Shown here: one piece after another, positions 41,774 to 55,900 of the stretch
Layout of the letters: each line of letters begins with the position of its first letter
Position numbering within the stretch: the stretch's first letter is position 1
Source: Octopus bimaculoides
Lineage: Eukaryota
Assembly (NCBI RefSeq): GCF_001194135.2
Contig: NC_068984.1
Span: 134,225,073 to 134,289,072, forward strand
Length of the DNA stretch: 64,000 nt
Direction of reading: 5' to 3'
Position numbers and translations under genes: made by a program
Notes under the pieces: model-generated
Seen by the model: the letters and a program-made list of their open reading frames with translations, nothing else
Database searches by the model: none
Told to the model about the DNA's origin: nothing

Positions 41774-41960
41774 TGATCCTTTTTACTATAGGCACATGGC
41801 TGCGAATTTGAGGGGAGGGATAAGTCAATTACATCGACCCCAGTACTCAACTGGTACTTAATTTATCGACCCCCAAAAAGATGAAAGGTAGAGTTGACTG
41901 CAGTGGAATTTGAACTCAGAATATAAAGACGGATGAAATGTTTCTGAGCATCTCACCCAG
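41743..41960 (-). mobile_element. SINE (abundant family, inverted, well preserved)
   Basis: acatcgaccccagtactcaactggtacttaatttatcgacccccaaaaagatgaaaggtagagttgactgcagtggaatttgaactcaga, flanked by (TAA)n. Confidence 0.8.
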
Positions 41961-41965
41961 CATTC

Positions 41966-42007
<42 letters not shown>

Positions 42008-42018
42008 AATGATGGTGT

Positions 42019-42062
<44 letters not shown>

Positions 42063-42491
42063 TCATTACTACAAATGTTAATAATATTAATGAGTTCTTT
42101 ATTATCAAATGGATGATTATTACAGAATGGCAGGATCTTCACAATGAATGCAGAAATCAGGCATGAAAATGTACAATAAATGTAGAATAAATAAATAAAT
42201 AGATAATAAATAAATAACTATACTATCTATTTAAATAAAATGTAAGGATATTTACATTGAAACAGTCCCAACAGTGAGACATCAACCAAGGATTAATCCC
42301 ACAGATTACTCTGATATCTTCTCCTTGTTATGGTCACTGCTTGAGAATTCTATGTTTAAAGAAGGCACATTGAACTAGGTCTTACTTGCCACTAAAAATG
42401 GCAGCACTACTGCTGAAATTGATGGAAATACTAGTGTCTTTATGATACTGGAATAGGCAAGAGTAGTGGTATTAGCGTACCAGCAGCAACA

Positions 42492-42516
42492 GTAGTAGTA
42501 GTAGTAGTAGTAGTAA

Positions 42517-42566
<50 letters not shown>
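42492..42566. repeat. (TAG)n microsatellite
   Basis: Direct trinucleotide array. Confidence 0.95.
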
Positions 42567-43488
42567 ACAAAGATAATGACAAGAATGCAAGCTTAATAAG
42601 TGAGGATTTAATAGGGTGGTAGCTGATAAACAAAAACAAAAATGTCAAAAATTATTGTGATGACCAAACGAATATATAAGTATCTTTTCAAAAGAACTCT
42701 TGACCAACAGAAGTAATATCTTAAAAACATTTATGTAAAATATCAAAGGAAGAGTAATGGTAATTATTCTGCTATTTTGAATACAAAACATAGATAAAAG
42801 TATTATCTATTAAAAGGAGTATGTTTTGAAGTTAAATTATGTATTAAAACTTTCAGAAATTTCCATAAGAATTAGGTCCAATAGATGTAAAATAAATAGT
42901 AAATACAACCTCAGCTTTTGACACTAAACTATAAAATCTTACAACAGAATATAAAATTGTAAAATTTCATCCATTTAACTAAGGAAGTAGAATAATTAGA
43001 TATTGTGTTTTTCTAGTGTTATTATCATTTATCCACTATTTTCCTAACAAAAATACTATTTATTTTAAAATTATGTACTAATCTTTATAACAACGTAATT
43101 TTATTCAATAAACATTATAAGTGGTTTTTAATGCAAACACCTTATGGTCAGTCTATATTTTTTAGTTTAATTATTTTTACTTTCCAAATATTCTATGAAA
43201 CACCTAAAGAAATCATTGCTTCTTGTTGAATTTTTGATAACACATATATCAGGATTATGACTACACAACAGGAAATGGCAAAATGCCATTAAAGACAGTG
43301 GTTATAAGATTACAACAAGATACACATTTGACTTCTTATAAAAATATGATGCACACTAATAAATGTACAAGAGTTGTTTCACTCATTGTGAGTAACAAAC
43401 AAGAATGAAAGTTAGTATATAGAATAATTTCAGTGATTAGCACAGAAGTGATAGCAAGGAATGGGACTATGTATGTGAGTGTGTGAAC

Positions 43489-43493
43489 ATATA

Positions 43494-43528
<35 letters not shown>

Positions 43529-43554
43529 GTATATATATATATGTATATGTATAT

Positions 43555-43588
<34 letters not shown>

Positions 43589-43590
43589 AA

Positions 43591-43638
<48 letters not shown>

Positions 43639-43640
43639 GT
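43489..43640. repeat. Long imperfect (AT)n array
   Basis: Low-complexity AT dinucleotide. The poly-IY ORFs here are artefacts. Confidence 0.95.
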
Positions 43641-44178
43641 ATAGCTGCCGGATTTCTTGTCTTCATTGGTGTTTCCTTATTTTTTTAATGGTGCTGCATT
43701 TCTTTGTAGTAACAGTTTTTCTGTGGGTCTGGATTTTCTTCATGGCTTGAGAACAGCTTTGCAGTCCATGATTGCCTGCTTCTTTAAAATAGTTACACAT
43801 GATGATCATGGAAACCTAGATACAGATCTTAAGAACCAGAGTACAATACTACCACTATGAACATTTCTTAAATTGTAAAAGTGATTGGAATAGCATAGGA
43901 AAATAAAATACACTGAGGTATAATAGATATCACTGGTATTTATTATAAAAAGTAAAGTAAAAAATACTATTTTCAATCACAACTAATACCTATAGAAATA
44001 TAGTGAAGAGATATAAAAATATAGTCTATGGAGAAAAGATTAGTTCAGAAACATTCAAACTAAGAGCTTATTGGACTGAAACTAATGGAAGATATTTAAA
44101 ACCATTTTTAAAATAAAGATTTTATTTTTACGAACTAATTTTCCAATCCACTATGATTTAATAATGAAACTTATGACT

Positions 44179-44224
<46 letters not shown>

Positions 44225-45247
44225 TGTGCGTGTGCATGTATTTGTGCATGCATGTAAAGCAAATTTACATATAATATGCATTATATATATACATATATAC
44301 ATATATATAAATAAATATAAATGTATATGTATGATATATATATATATATATATANNNNNNNNNNNNNNNNNNNNNNNNNNNNNNNNNNNNNNNNNNNNNN
44401 NNNNNNNNNNNNNNNNNNNNNNNNNNNNNNNNNNNNNNNNNNNNNNNNNNNNNNNNNNNNNNNNNNNNNNNNNNNNNNNNNNNNNNNNNNNNNNNNNNNN
44501 NNNNNNNNNNNNNNNNNNNNNNNNNNNNNNNNNNNNNNNNNNNNNNNNNNNNNNNNNNNNNNNNNNNNNNNNNNNNNNNNNNNNNNNNNNNNNNNNNNNN
44601 NNNNNNNNNNNNNNNNNNNNNNNNNNNNNNNNNNNNNNNNNNNNNNNNNNNNNNNNNNNNNNNNNNNNNNNNNNNNNNNNNNNNNNNNNNNNNNNNNNNN
44701 NNNNNNNNNNNNNNNNNNNNNNNNNNNNNNNNNNNNNNNNNNNNNNNNNNNNNNNNNNNNNNNNNNNNNNNNNNNNNNNNNNNNNNNNNNNNNNNNNNNN
44801 NNNNNNNNNNNNNNNNNNNNNNNNNNNNNNNNNNNNNNNNNNNNNNNNNNNNNNNNNNNNNNNNNTATATATATATATATATATATATATCTTATCAGCA
44901 TAATCACCAGTAGTTATGTCTGCTTTCCATGCTGACATGGATTGGACATGCTATCAAGGTCCAAACCATTTACTACTCTCCTAATCGAGTCAAAGAGCCA
45001 ACTTTGATATAGTTTCTATGGCTGGATGCTCTTCCTAATGTTAATCTGTTAACCACTTTGCAGAGTTTACTGTGTCCTTTTATCATGGCATCAACACAAG
45101 AGGTCTCATGTTTTTGAGTAATGGCTCTTTCACCCCTTTCATTCAAAGCCTTGTGACTAAGGGAAGTGAATAGCGGATAGAGAGAGAGAGAGATGACAGA
45201 AGAAGTAATTATGTATGTGTATGTGTGTGTGTGTGTGNNNNNNNNNN

Positions 45248-45280
<33 letters not shown>

Positions 45281-45495
45281 TATATGATATACACACACAC
45301 ATACACAAATATTTTTGACTAAAAAGTATCAGAGGAACAACTGATTCAAGTACAGCAGATTATTTTTAAAATTTACTCAAGTGGAAACTGTAAATAAGTG
45401 GAAAATGTACCACCAGTGTGGTTACATATACATGTGTGTGTGTGCGTGCGTGCATGTACATGTGTCTGAAGTAGTATTATTATTATGATTATTAT

Positions 45496-46025
45496 TGAGT
45501 GAGAGAGGAGCGCATGCCATCAAAGTGACTCTGGGGTACAGTTATATAAAGCCCAATATACCCACCAGGTACTTGCTTCATAACCACATGTGTGTGACAT
45601 GGTGATCTTATATCAAGATAAACAGTGCATGACCTCGCAGGTGGAGCCCAGTTAGAATTTTCTTCAGGTTGAGTAGCCCATTCTACTCAAAAGGTCCCTG
45701 AATAAGGTTTGTTTAAAGATGATAAATGAAGCACCCATATTTCCCGAGGAGAATTATTCAAACCACAAAGAATTCCTCTCAACACATGGCTATGATGCTC
45801 CCCCACTACTTCTGTTCGTGACTAGCGATGCACATATCATCAGCCATGAACAGACATGCTCAGCTGGTTAATGTCAAACTACTGACAAACAAATCTGTGG
45901 TATTGAGCAGAATATTTGCTGTTGCCCACCTTTTTATACCAAGACAAAACAATGTATATGATAACACTTCCAATGAGTTAAGATCAGAAGCCATGGGAGC
46001 CACTGCCTGGTATAGCATCAGGGCA
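45496..46025 (-). mobile_element. ~530-bp interspersed element, probably a SINE with a 5S-rRNA-like head
   Basis: GC-richer unit bounded by (ATT)n and (ATC)n. The minus-strand start gccctgatgctatacca...ctgatcttaactcattggaag resembles 5S rRNA gcctacggccatacca...ccgatctcgtctgatctcggaag. Confidence 0.5.
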
Positions 46026-46041
46026 TTTATCATCATTATTA

Positions 46042-46077
<36 letters not shown>

Positions 46078-48429
46078 TTATCATCATCATTATTATTATT
46101 ATATTATATATACAATCTAAGTAAGATGAAAAAATAATACAATTTTATGAAATGAAGAAAAATAAAAAGAAAACAGGTGAAAAAGAAATTACTCAGAAAT
46201 AGAAAATAAATTGTGTGTGAAGAGAAACTCATGTTTGAGGTGCCAAGAACATAAATCAAAATATGAAAAAGATTTGTAAAAAAATATTGAAAATTAAAGA
46301 AATTTAAGGGATATATTTTGTTGTTGTTTTTGCCATATTTGAAAACCAGGTAGATAAATAACAGCCTAAGAGTATTTGTTTAAAACATAACACTTTCCTT
46401 AAAATGCTATGGGTCTATAGAGAGAAGACTATATTACTTTAATAGATGCTTATATAAACTTCAGGATAAATGGAACTATGATATATACAAAAAAAGAAAG
46501 ATGTTTTCTCTAAAATGATGAATTGATATTTTATGAATGATTTCTTAACCATATTTCACCTGCACTGTTTTTCCCCATAAAATCAAGATGGATAATTTAT
46601 ACTGTAAACTGAAATACTCATATGCAAGAAGACTTTAAATGAATATGAAACACAAGGTGTAATGTAATATAGGGAGACATACTTCTAAATCAGTTATAAG
46701 CATCCAAAGGAATTGATTCTGGAAAGGATTTTTGCTTTCATATAATTCTCCTCACAATTTTTTCATCTTATATTTTTCTTAATTCAACTATGAACTTCCC
46801 TCTGTATAACTGATCAATAGATTAGTTTTATGGTAATCTGATAGCTTAACTTTGGAATTTTACAATTGTATGCAATTTTTTTAATGAAGAAGTTTACAAA
46901 TGAAAATTTCATAATACATTAATTCATTATACCAAAAATTAATGCATAAAAAAGTCAATAATGATTTGTAATCCTTAACCAAAATTAATTTTCTGCCATG
47001 ATGAGAATTCAGAATAGATTAGCATTACTACCCAAAAGATTTAGAAGAATTTGTTTCTAATGAGATACAAAATGTTTATTTATTCTAAATAATAAGTCTA
47101 TGTAACACTGATCTATTACTTAAGTGATTTTTATTGGCCTGATATAATAATTTCATTTTTTTATTTGAATATAATAAATATCATATTTGAAAAATATAAC
47201 TGAAAACTATTATTTATAGAAGTTTATATTTATAAGGACTCTATTGAAAAAACTCATTCACTACAAACCAATATGAACTAGACCAAAAGAAAGTAAAAAT
47301 ATCGTATGCATAGTTATTTAAGAACATGTTTAATCTATGAGCAATATGAAGTAGTGACACATTAAAATTATGAAAATGTGTGAATGATAAAGAAATAATA
47401 TACACGAAACTGTAAATATACAAGAAGTATACTTAGAGACTGAGAAAGAGTAACAGAGAAAGATGTGGAACAAGATGAAGAAAAAGCAATAGGATTTGTT
47501 AATGGAAAAGGAACTTAAAAAAAAAGGAGAAAAATACTAAAATACAAATAAGTCTATTTACTAAATGTAATTTAGCAGAGAGCAGAATCATTGTCTGCAT
47601 CTCCTGCAATTTTTAGAATCTATGTTGATATCTCTTACAATGTGGCTATGTTATAAACTGGATTACAAGAGAAAGTTAGTCAGTTATTTCCATCCATTTT
47701 GACACTGAACTAAGTTCACAGACAAGACATTAATGGTGCAGTGCAAAAAGGACAGCCTACTTGGCCAAGTGCAAGAGAAATGTGATATGACAATGATACT
47801 GACTAACATATACATACAACATAAACCAAAAAGAAATATCAGTTATGAAAGTCATAGTTTTGTTTTAGTGAGTATACGAAAAAAAACAACCAATGCAATT
47901 GACACTTACATGGATATTATAAGAATTGAATAAAAGAATGTCTAATTATTTATTTTCCTAATGATCTTGAAAACATATTTTCTAAAATCTCCCTATCAGA
48001 AAATAATTGTTATAAATTTAATTTAATTTTATCTTAAAAAATAGATATTTGAATAGTATTCAATAAATTTTCTCAATTGAAGTATAAATAGTTTCCAAAA
48101 ATATTTTGTAAACAATCTAATATCTCAAGTAACAATGAATATGCCCTCTAAATAGTTACTATGATTGCTTCATGATATAATAGTTGACATATATATATAT
48201 ATATATAAAAGCATATTTCTATGTGCATATATAAAAATATGCATATCCAAATATAAATACATGCTCCCACTCATTACATTCACGTATATACTATATGCAT
48301 GTGTGTGTGCATACATATATATATTTGTATATATATATACATGCACACACAAACACACACATATATATATTATTCAAGCATATGCATATATACATATACA
48401 TGTGTGTGTTTATATGCATGCATACATTC

Positions 48430-48486
<57 letters not shown>

Positions 48487-49720
48487 CATAGTTTTAGGGA
48501 AAAGAACCAAGGTTCATGAACTCATACACACATACATACAGATGTGAAAGAAAAGAATATTCAATATACTATGTAGAATATATTTGCAGAGAGACAATGA
48601 ATGACTAACATGATCATCAATCAGAGTTTTGTAGATATGAAAATACATGTCTAAATATACTATCTGCATGCTATTTCATGCGTTCTGTAAATGAAGACTA
48701 AACCTCTTATATTCACAACAATAAGTACTGCAAAAGTAAATTTCAGTTGACCGGTAAATATGGCCTGGTTTTATTTTAGTTCTTGCTGGGAACTCTTCCC
48801 ATCATTCAATGTTCATATGTTAGGGACAAACATTAACATATTACTGCTACTTTACCTCTCTAAAAAGTTAGTTTGCATGTTTATAAATCTTGTGGCCTAA
48901 CAATTTTAATAGAATAATTACCTTCTGGCTGATGTTTTGGCACTGTGTATCATGATTAAATCTCCAATGAATTGTATCAATTCTCAAACATACTCACACA
49001 CATGCCCACATATAAACTTATAATATATAAATATATGTGTGGCATGATAAGATACATAAATGCACAAACACAAATATACACACATGCACGCATACAAACA
49101 CACACATACACACACACAGAGGCATCTGTTGAAATACCAAGGTGAAGTAGAATAATTTTTTCTTGAGTGAGATCCTTCAGTGGATTCACTTTAAAGAAGA
49201 CTATCACTAGCCAATTAGTTCATATGATTATTTTTATAACATACACACACTCACACATACACAACAGCTTTGATTATAATAACTTCACTATCAAAAACTT
49301 TTAAACTGTTTTACATTTTCTAGATCCAGATCCAGTACTGATTCAAGATGCTATATACAAATCCTTTCGGTGAAAGATATATGAAAAATTAACTGTAAAG
49401 TTATTTTCTACACAATGAAGATAAAAGTTACCAAAGCAACAGAAGTTTTGAAAGGGTGTATACTTATATGATCATGTCTGAGAAGGCATATCACTGTAAG
49501 CATAAGTTTCCTGTCACAATTCATTTTCATTTTCTTTTGCTTTTCCAGATCAATCAGATTCATGTCATCAGTTTTTAAGATTGTTACAATAAACTGATCA
49601 AATGAATAAATTTACACTTATTGATCAGTAGAAACGAAACTTAAGTGTATGGCATAAATCAATATAGTTTTCTTTATTTCCCTATCTTCATGATTTTTCA
49701 AAGCCCTCTTAAGATTATCA

Positions 49721-49947
49721 TTGGCCCTTTAGCATTTAAACCAGCCATATCCAGCCCAAATCTTCAACCCGTTTTAAGTTCAAACCAGCCAGATCCAGCC
49801 TCTGACACCTACCCTACAATGTCATTCTAAAGGTGAACAACACATCATTGAAATCTAGAAGCTATGAGACAATGAATGATTAATTCAAAATAATGGGAAT
49901 ACATAAATATTACATTTGACAGAGTAATCTGAATGCTAATGGGTTAA
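49721..49947. mobile_element. piggyBac-type MITE
   Basis: Ends (ttgg)ccctttagcatt ... aatgctaatggg(ttaa): CCC/GGG termini with an ~12-bp TIR. TTAA is intact on the right and degraded on the left. Confidence 0.7.
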
Positions 49948-52900
49948 AGCTACACACAACATATACTTCTGTTTTAAAACTCTCTTTTCCTCTTACTGTT
50001 GCTATCTCTTCTGCTCAAATTCTCCTTCCATTCAGGTATTTATAACAGTATATCAGATTAAATCATTTTTTAAATCTAATCTTATTTTGTATATCACCTC
50101 TTTCATACACTACAATGTTATTTTTTAAAGTAACCATTGAATGCTCACAAAAGAATGAATTATGTGGAGACTACTTGCAAAATTTACATTTTGTTTATTT
50201 TCTGTGTATTTGAAAGATTTCATTTAAATAATTTATTTTGAAGTTTGGTCTTAATGATAAAATTTGATGCCTAAAAAACCCTCAAAGTGGTGTGGTTAGT
50301 TATGTTCTAATCAATCTTACAAAACCTATGTCTTATAATGACCAGAAGAAATCAAAACAATCAAGACAAATGTTTCGATGAACATTAGATATATTTTCTA
50401 AAAAAATGTAATATTGAAGTAGGATACATTATCAGCAGAGTAAAGATTCGCTTCATGATTCACTTATATATTAAATTATCTGACATAGGAAGCTAGAAGC
50501 AGAAAATGTATTTAACTGCTAATATAAATTATAACAACATAGATCAGTGCCAATGAAACTTTCCTTTCAGGACCACTCTGACTGGTGAGAAGGAGAAAGC
50601 TTTTCTTGAACTGGACAGCTGTACTAAATATTTGCAGTAGAGCAACCAAGTCGTGATACTAAACTGGGAAATGTATCAAATTTACAACCTAACTTAGATA
50701 GATATATATTGATACATCTTACCTTAGACAACAATGACCAATTATCACATGGTATGGGGTGCATTCGATTCCATTATATCATTCCCCATCCACGAGGGAG
50801 CAGTGCAGGTGTAAGCTGAAACAATCGTCACGCTAAATAAAGCTTACAGTACACTCTGTCTTCCCTATCAATTATTTAATATATGTATATATATATATAT
50901 ATGAATGTATGTATGCACATACATATATATGTGTGTGTACTATATACAGACATATTTATACATTCATATAAATATCAATACACATGTAATTAAATTTGAT
51001 ATTTGATATTTAAAGCATAGCCCAATAGACTGATCTATTTAGTGGCAATCAAGAGCTCTATTATATGTACATTAGTTGTTGCAATCTACAATGAAATCTT
51101 AAAGTATGTGATATATGTCATCTAATCTGAATATATCTGAATGATTCATAACATACTTTTGTTCAATAAAGAAATTCTTAGCTAGAATTAGTGTAGTCAA
51201 CAGTGATTAAAATATATACACCTCCACATCTATTTATAAGATAAAAGTTAGCACTTTGGCTTATTTGACATGAATGTGAATGAAACCTTTTCCATGCAAC
51301 TTCAAGAAAGCTAAAATCTTTTGTACTAAAGATAAATATAATACAGCATAGAGGTTAAGCAAAAAAAAATTACAAAATATTTAAAGCATTTGGCTTTTAA
51401 AGAGTAACGAATTCATTAATTTACATATCAAATTATTGTTGTTTGTTTTCTTTTTAGCTTCATACTATTCCGGGTCAAGGGGACCTACAACCAAAGGCAT
51501 ACCTACTGTGACTGATTTGTCTTTTTTCCTGACAGTATCAGTATAAGTTGGTAGGTTATGATTTGAGCAATACTTGGGTACTATTTTTAGTTGGTCAGGT
51601 TAGGATATAGAGGAACTCTCACTGATTTAGTTTGATATATCTACTTGGAGAATCACAAACTGGAAAAATAACTGCTATTCAGAATTTAAGCCAGATTTTA
51701 CTTCTATGGTATTTTGTACATTTTTTAAATATATATATATGTACTATATAAAGGTAAATAGTACATTTAAACTGGAAGACTATTTTCTTTTTTTTTTTTT
51801 GTATAAATAAACATTTATGCAGTTCATCAAATAGCTACATTTTTAATGTTGGAAACATGAAAATATAATCAAAATTCTTTTTTATCCATTCACATAATTT
51901 TTAACCAATCAAAATTATATTTCCTTTGAATTCAGTTACTGGCCTGACTAAAAGTTTAAGGTTTTAGAATTGCATAATATCAATGTTATATCTAACTATG
52001 TTTAAAAAGGTAACTATGTTTAATTTTATTTCATATACCATATTTATGTGTGATAATACTGCTTAAAGATAATGAAAAAGAAAAAGATCTACCTGCACCT
52101 GAGAGAAATAGGTAAATATTCAGATAAGTTTCATTGGAAGGGGAAGCATTGTCATTGAATTAAAAAGTTCATAATAAAATGGTTTTAGTAGACTGAATTC
52201 TTATCTACTTATTTTAGTCGATTGCTAATAAAATTTATAACCAATTGTGATGTTAATGAGTATTTTGCTAAGTATAAAAGTACAAACCAATAAGGATCGA
52301 AAAATATGTGGTTGAGACAATGGAAACAATATTTTATTAATGAAAATGAAAGTAAAGCCCTGTCGATGAATTTTGATAAACCTGATATACAGTTTAAGAA
52401 GGTAATAATGGTAGCTCGGAGTTAATAATGATGCCAATAGTAATAAGTAACTAAAATAATAATGATGATATCGATATAAGAAGATGACTGTGATAAAAGT
52501 TTGAGAATAATGATAATTATTAAAGATAACTAATAATAATAAAAATAATGATGATGATGATGATGATGATGGTGATGATAATAATGATTGAGGGAGAAGT
52601 CAAGAAATAATACAGCTATCAATGGTAAAACGTAACATCTTATATCTGAGGAGAAGTGGATTTACCTGGGTCTAGAATTTCCCCAATATACCATGAAGAT
52701 ACTGGGCAAATTGGCAAGCAAGAAAACAGAAAGTAAAGAAAAAAAAAAAGAAAATATCAATATAAGTGTATATATTCCTCAAATAATTTTAATGCAAAAA
52801 CCATGTGAATTTGTTGAATGTGAAAAAAGCAAACAACAGGATTAGTTAACGTTTTGAGAGAGAGAGCATTAGATGAAAGAAATTTAATTGAAAGATTAAT

Positions 52901-55900
52901 ACAATAATATTTAAAAAAATAAATATTGATAAATATCATTTACATGACAAAAACTGCATATAGAAATATAAATTAAGTATTTGAGGAATATAAAGTAGAA
53001 ATAATACAATAATAAATAGTTGTACCGGTTATATATACATTACCAATACTGACTATTTGTTGGTAATATACACCTGATTTTCTGCACTGTTTTTAAAAAT
53101 AGGCAAAATTCTTATTTTTTCATTATTTTAAAATAATGTATATAAAATATTTTACTCATATAGTTAGTTTTATAAAAATGATGATAGCATAAGCCTTTAA
53201 TTTAGCTGGACAGAATTATATGAATTTTCATCTATTATGGTGATATTAATGATGGTTACATAATCTAAATTTAATAGGATGTGTAATTTCTCTAAAAGCT
53301 CTTTTAGCAAATTTGCACAGATTTTTAGTCTTAGAATTCAGTATGGTTTTCACAGCTAAATTATTAAGTGCATAAATTCTAAAATAATGATTTAAATGTT
53401 GACTGTATTTTCTCCCTTTGTTTCAAATTTTTCTATCCAAAAATAAATTTCTTTATGGTAAGTTATGTGTGATATGTTTTGCTATTTGGATTTCTATGTG
53501 AGAATCCTTATTAAGAAATATATATATATTCTGTTGAAAATTGTAGACAAACTTTCATATCAGTAAATTTTATAAAATAATTAAACGTTCATCTTTTCCT
53601 TTATCATAGTTGTCTATTTTAATGAATTTGAGAATAGTCTAAAATGTGAAACATAATCTTCAGAATTCTTTTATATGCAATTTGTTCTTAATACAGCATA
53701 TCAAAAGAAAGTATATATGTTTTAGTATCTTTTAGTTGTTGATCAGTTAAGTTAACTATGAAACACAGAGTGAAGAGTAAGTGTAAATATGTTAAAACAA
53801 TTGTGATTAAAAACGTTTGTTATACAAAAAGACTATAAAAACCATTAAAAAGTCAAAACGTAGCACTTGAATAAACTATTATGTATTTCACTACATATGT
53901 GATGGTTTAGTGTTTAATACGTTTATTAGTAAACAAAAACAAAAGTTCTGAATGTATGCTTTTGTAAAGGTGACTGAAATCAGTTACAATGCAAATATAT
54001 CAATGTGACTAAGGGACTATCCAAAATTTCCCATGTATTTGTTGTACAGAGGGAATAGCTTAGTCAGCATACTCACATAAAGGACTATTAGCAAATAGTG
54101 ATTGGTGACAATTAGTTACCAGCTATCTGGTAAATTTCTAGCATAAAAAAAGAAGATAAATATTGCTTCATTACTAGCATTTAATTTTGTTGATCTATTT
54201 AGAAATTTACAAGATAATTTTGAAAACATTTGCTTTCATATCATGTCAGAATCAATACTTGTTTTATAACTGCATTTTTTGTATAAAAATTTAGTTACTA
54301 TATTTACTAGTCATCTCACTGAGATCAGTAATTAAGGTTAATTTATTATTACACATTTTAGAATGAAACACAATGATTTTTTTTAAATTTTGAAATATAT
54401 AACATATTTGAATATTATAAATTTAGTTTTACGATAGCATTTGTTGTAATATAAAAATTAAATCAACTCATCTTTGATAAACAATAAGAAATAGTTTTTC
54501 TTTCCTTCATGAGAATGATTCTAAAATTTAACCTTTATTTTAAATTCATTTTTTAAATATGTCTAGTTAAGTTCCAATTAAAAGTACAATTTAGTCTGAC
54601 ACATGGATCTTTAATGGAAATAAATTTTTAAAGAAACTCTAGAATTAGCAGGAAAATCAGATACATATTTTACAGAAGTATTATAAATAAATTGGAAATG
54701 CACTCCAAGTTATAAAAAATTTTACATGTTCGCTTGAAAAAATACAAAATTAACAAAATTTACACATAATTGTTGCAACTCTATATATTATTCCAGTTTT
54801 CATAACAAAATTTTCCTTACCAAAAAGAGAAGTATATATAAACTCTTTACACACACATATATATATGTATGTGTGTGTGCGTGTGTGTGTAAAGCCTTCT
54901 GTACTCAGTCACGGAGCTGTTTTTATAGAAGAGGCATCTTTTGGTATCTCAAGTTTTATGAGTATAGCATTATGAATTAGATTTACAGATTTTTCTGAAT
55001 TCAAAATAAATAAATTCAAACTTAATGCTTCAGCAGAATGTCAAATTTGTGAGAATATTTTCAAAGTGTGAACATATCCAAAGTAAATAAAGTCTTGAAG
55101 AAAAAAAAAAACTGTTTGTTAGTAAAATTCAGTAATCTAATGAATAAATGCTTTATTTGAAAATAAACTTAGAAATTGTTTAAGTACAGATTAATATTAA
55201 TGTTTGTCATTAGTTCAGTTAATCTACATATGCATACAGAAAGCACATTTGATTACCAAAATAATTATTTCTTACTAAAGTATGAAACCCAAGAGGAATC
55301 ATGATGGTAAAATTATAATGGTTTTGCTTTTCCCAAAAGATTAGTTCATACTGAGAATCAAAAGTGAGTGCTAGACTATTCTATAAAATAAAAGCAAAAT
55401 ATATACTTTTTGCAAAACTTGTGAAAAAGTAATATTATAGATGATTCTGACTAATTATTTAACATAACAGTTTGTAGATATCTGCAGGGATGTATGACAT
55501 CAATTTTCAAACTTACCAGAAATGTGCTAAAGATACAAAATCTCAGTAAATAATACATCCTTAGAACAATAATCTAAAGAGTAATGAGGAGATAAACTCA
55601 TTTAACTAAATTAATAACCCAGCATTTAATAAAAAAGATGGCAGTTGAATATGACAACTGAATCAAACTGTGGTGTATGAATATCAATTATGTCAAATTA
55701 CAAAAAACTTTGACTCAACATATTTTTGCACAGATATTGTCTATATTTACTTGTACATATTTTTGCACAGATATTATCTATATTACTTGCAATCACCAAA
55801 AGGACAAGTAAAAGAGTCATAATATTAAAAAATGTGCATGCATGTACATAATCTCACAGCATTTGCAAAACATGAATATTCTATAATTCATAGAACACAA

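Noticed and set aside
44171-44938. Long ORFs of 200-255 aa in the ORF track
   Set aside because: Artefacts of the N gap and (AT)n/(GT)n arrays. The other poly-CV, poly-IY, poly-HT, poly-Y and poly-L ORFs have the same cause.
50723-50815. Off-frame peptide ..PCDNWSLLSK resembling the vertebrate SS4 end ..VDEWLLDK
   Set aside because: It is in the wrong phase and has an upstream TAA, so the similarity is likely coincidental
52666-52671. 6-nt segment ACCCAG with a gtaaat donor
   Set aside because: Poor pyrimidine tract. It shows how easily such motifs arise by chance.
55505-55530. Strong donor CTG|gtaagt with a 10-nt segment
   Set aside because: Not a multiple of 3 and in the wrong phase
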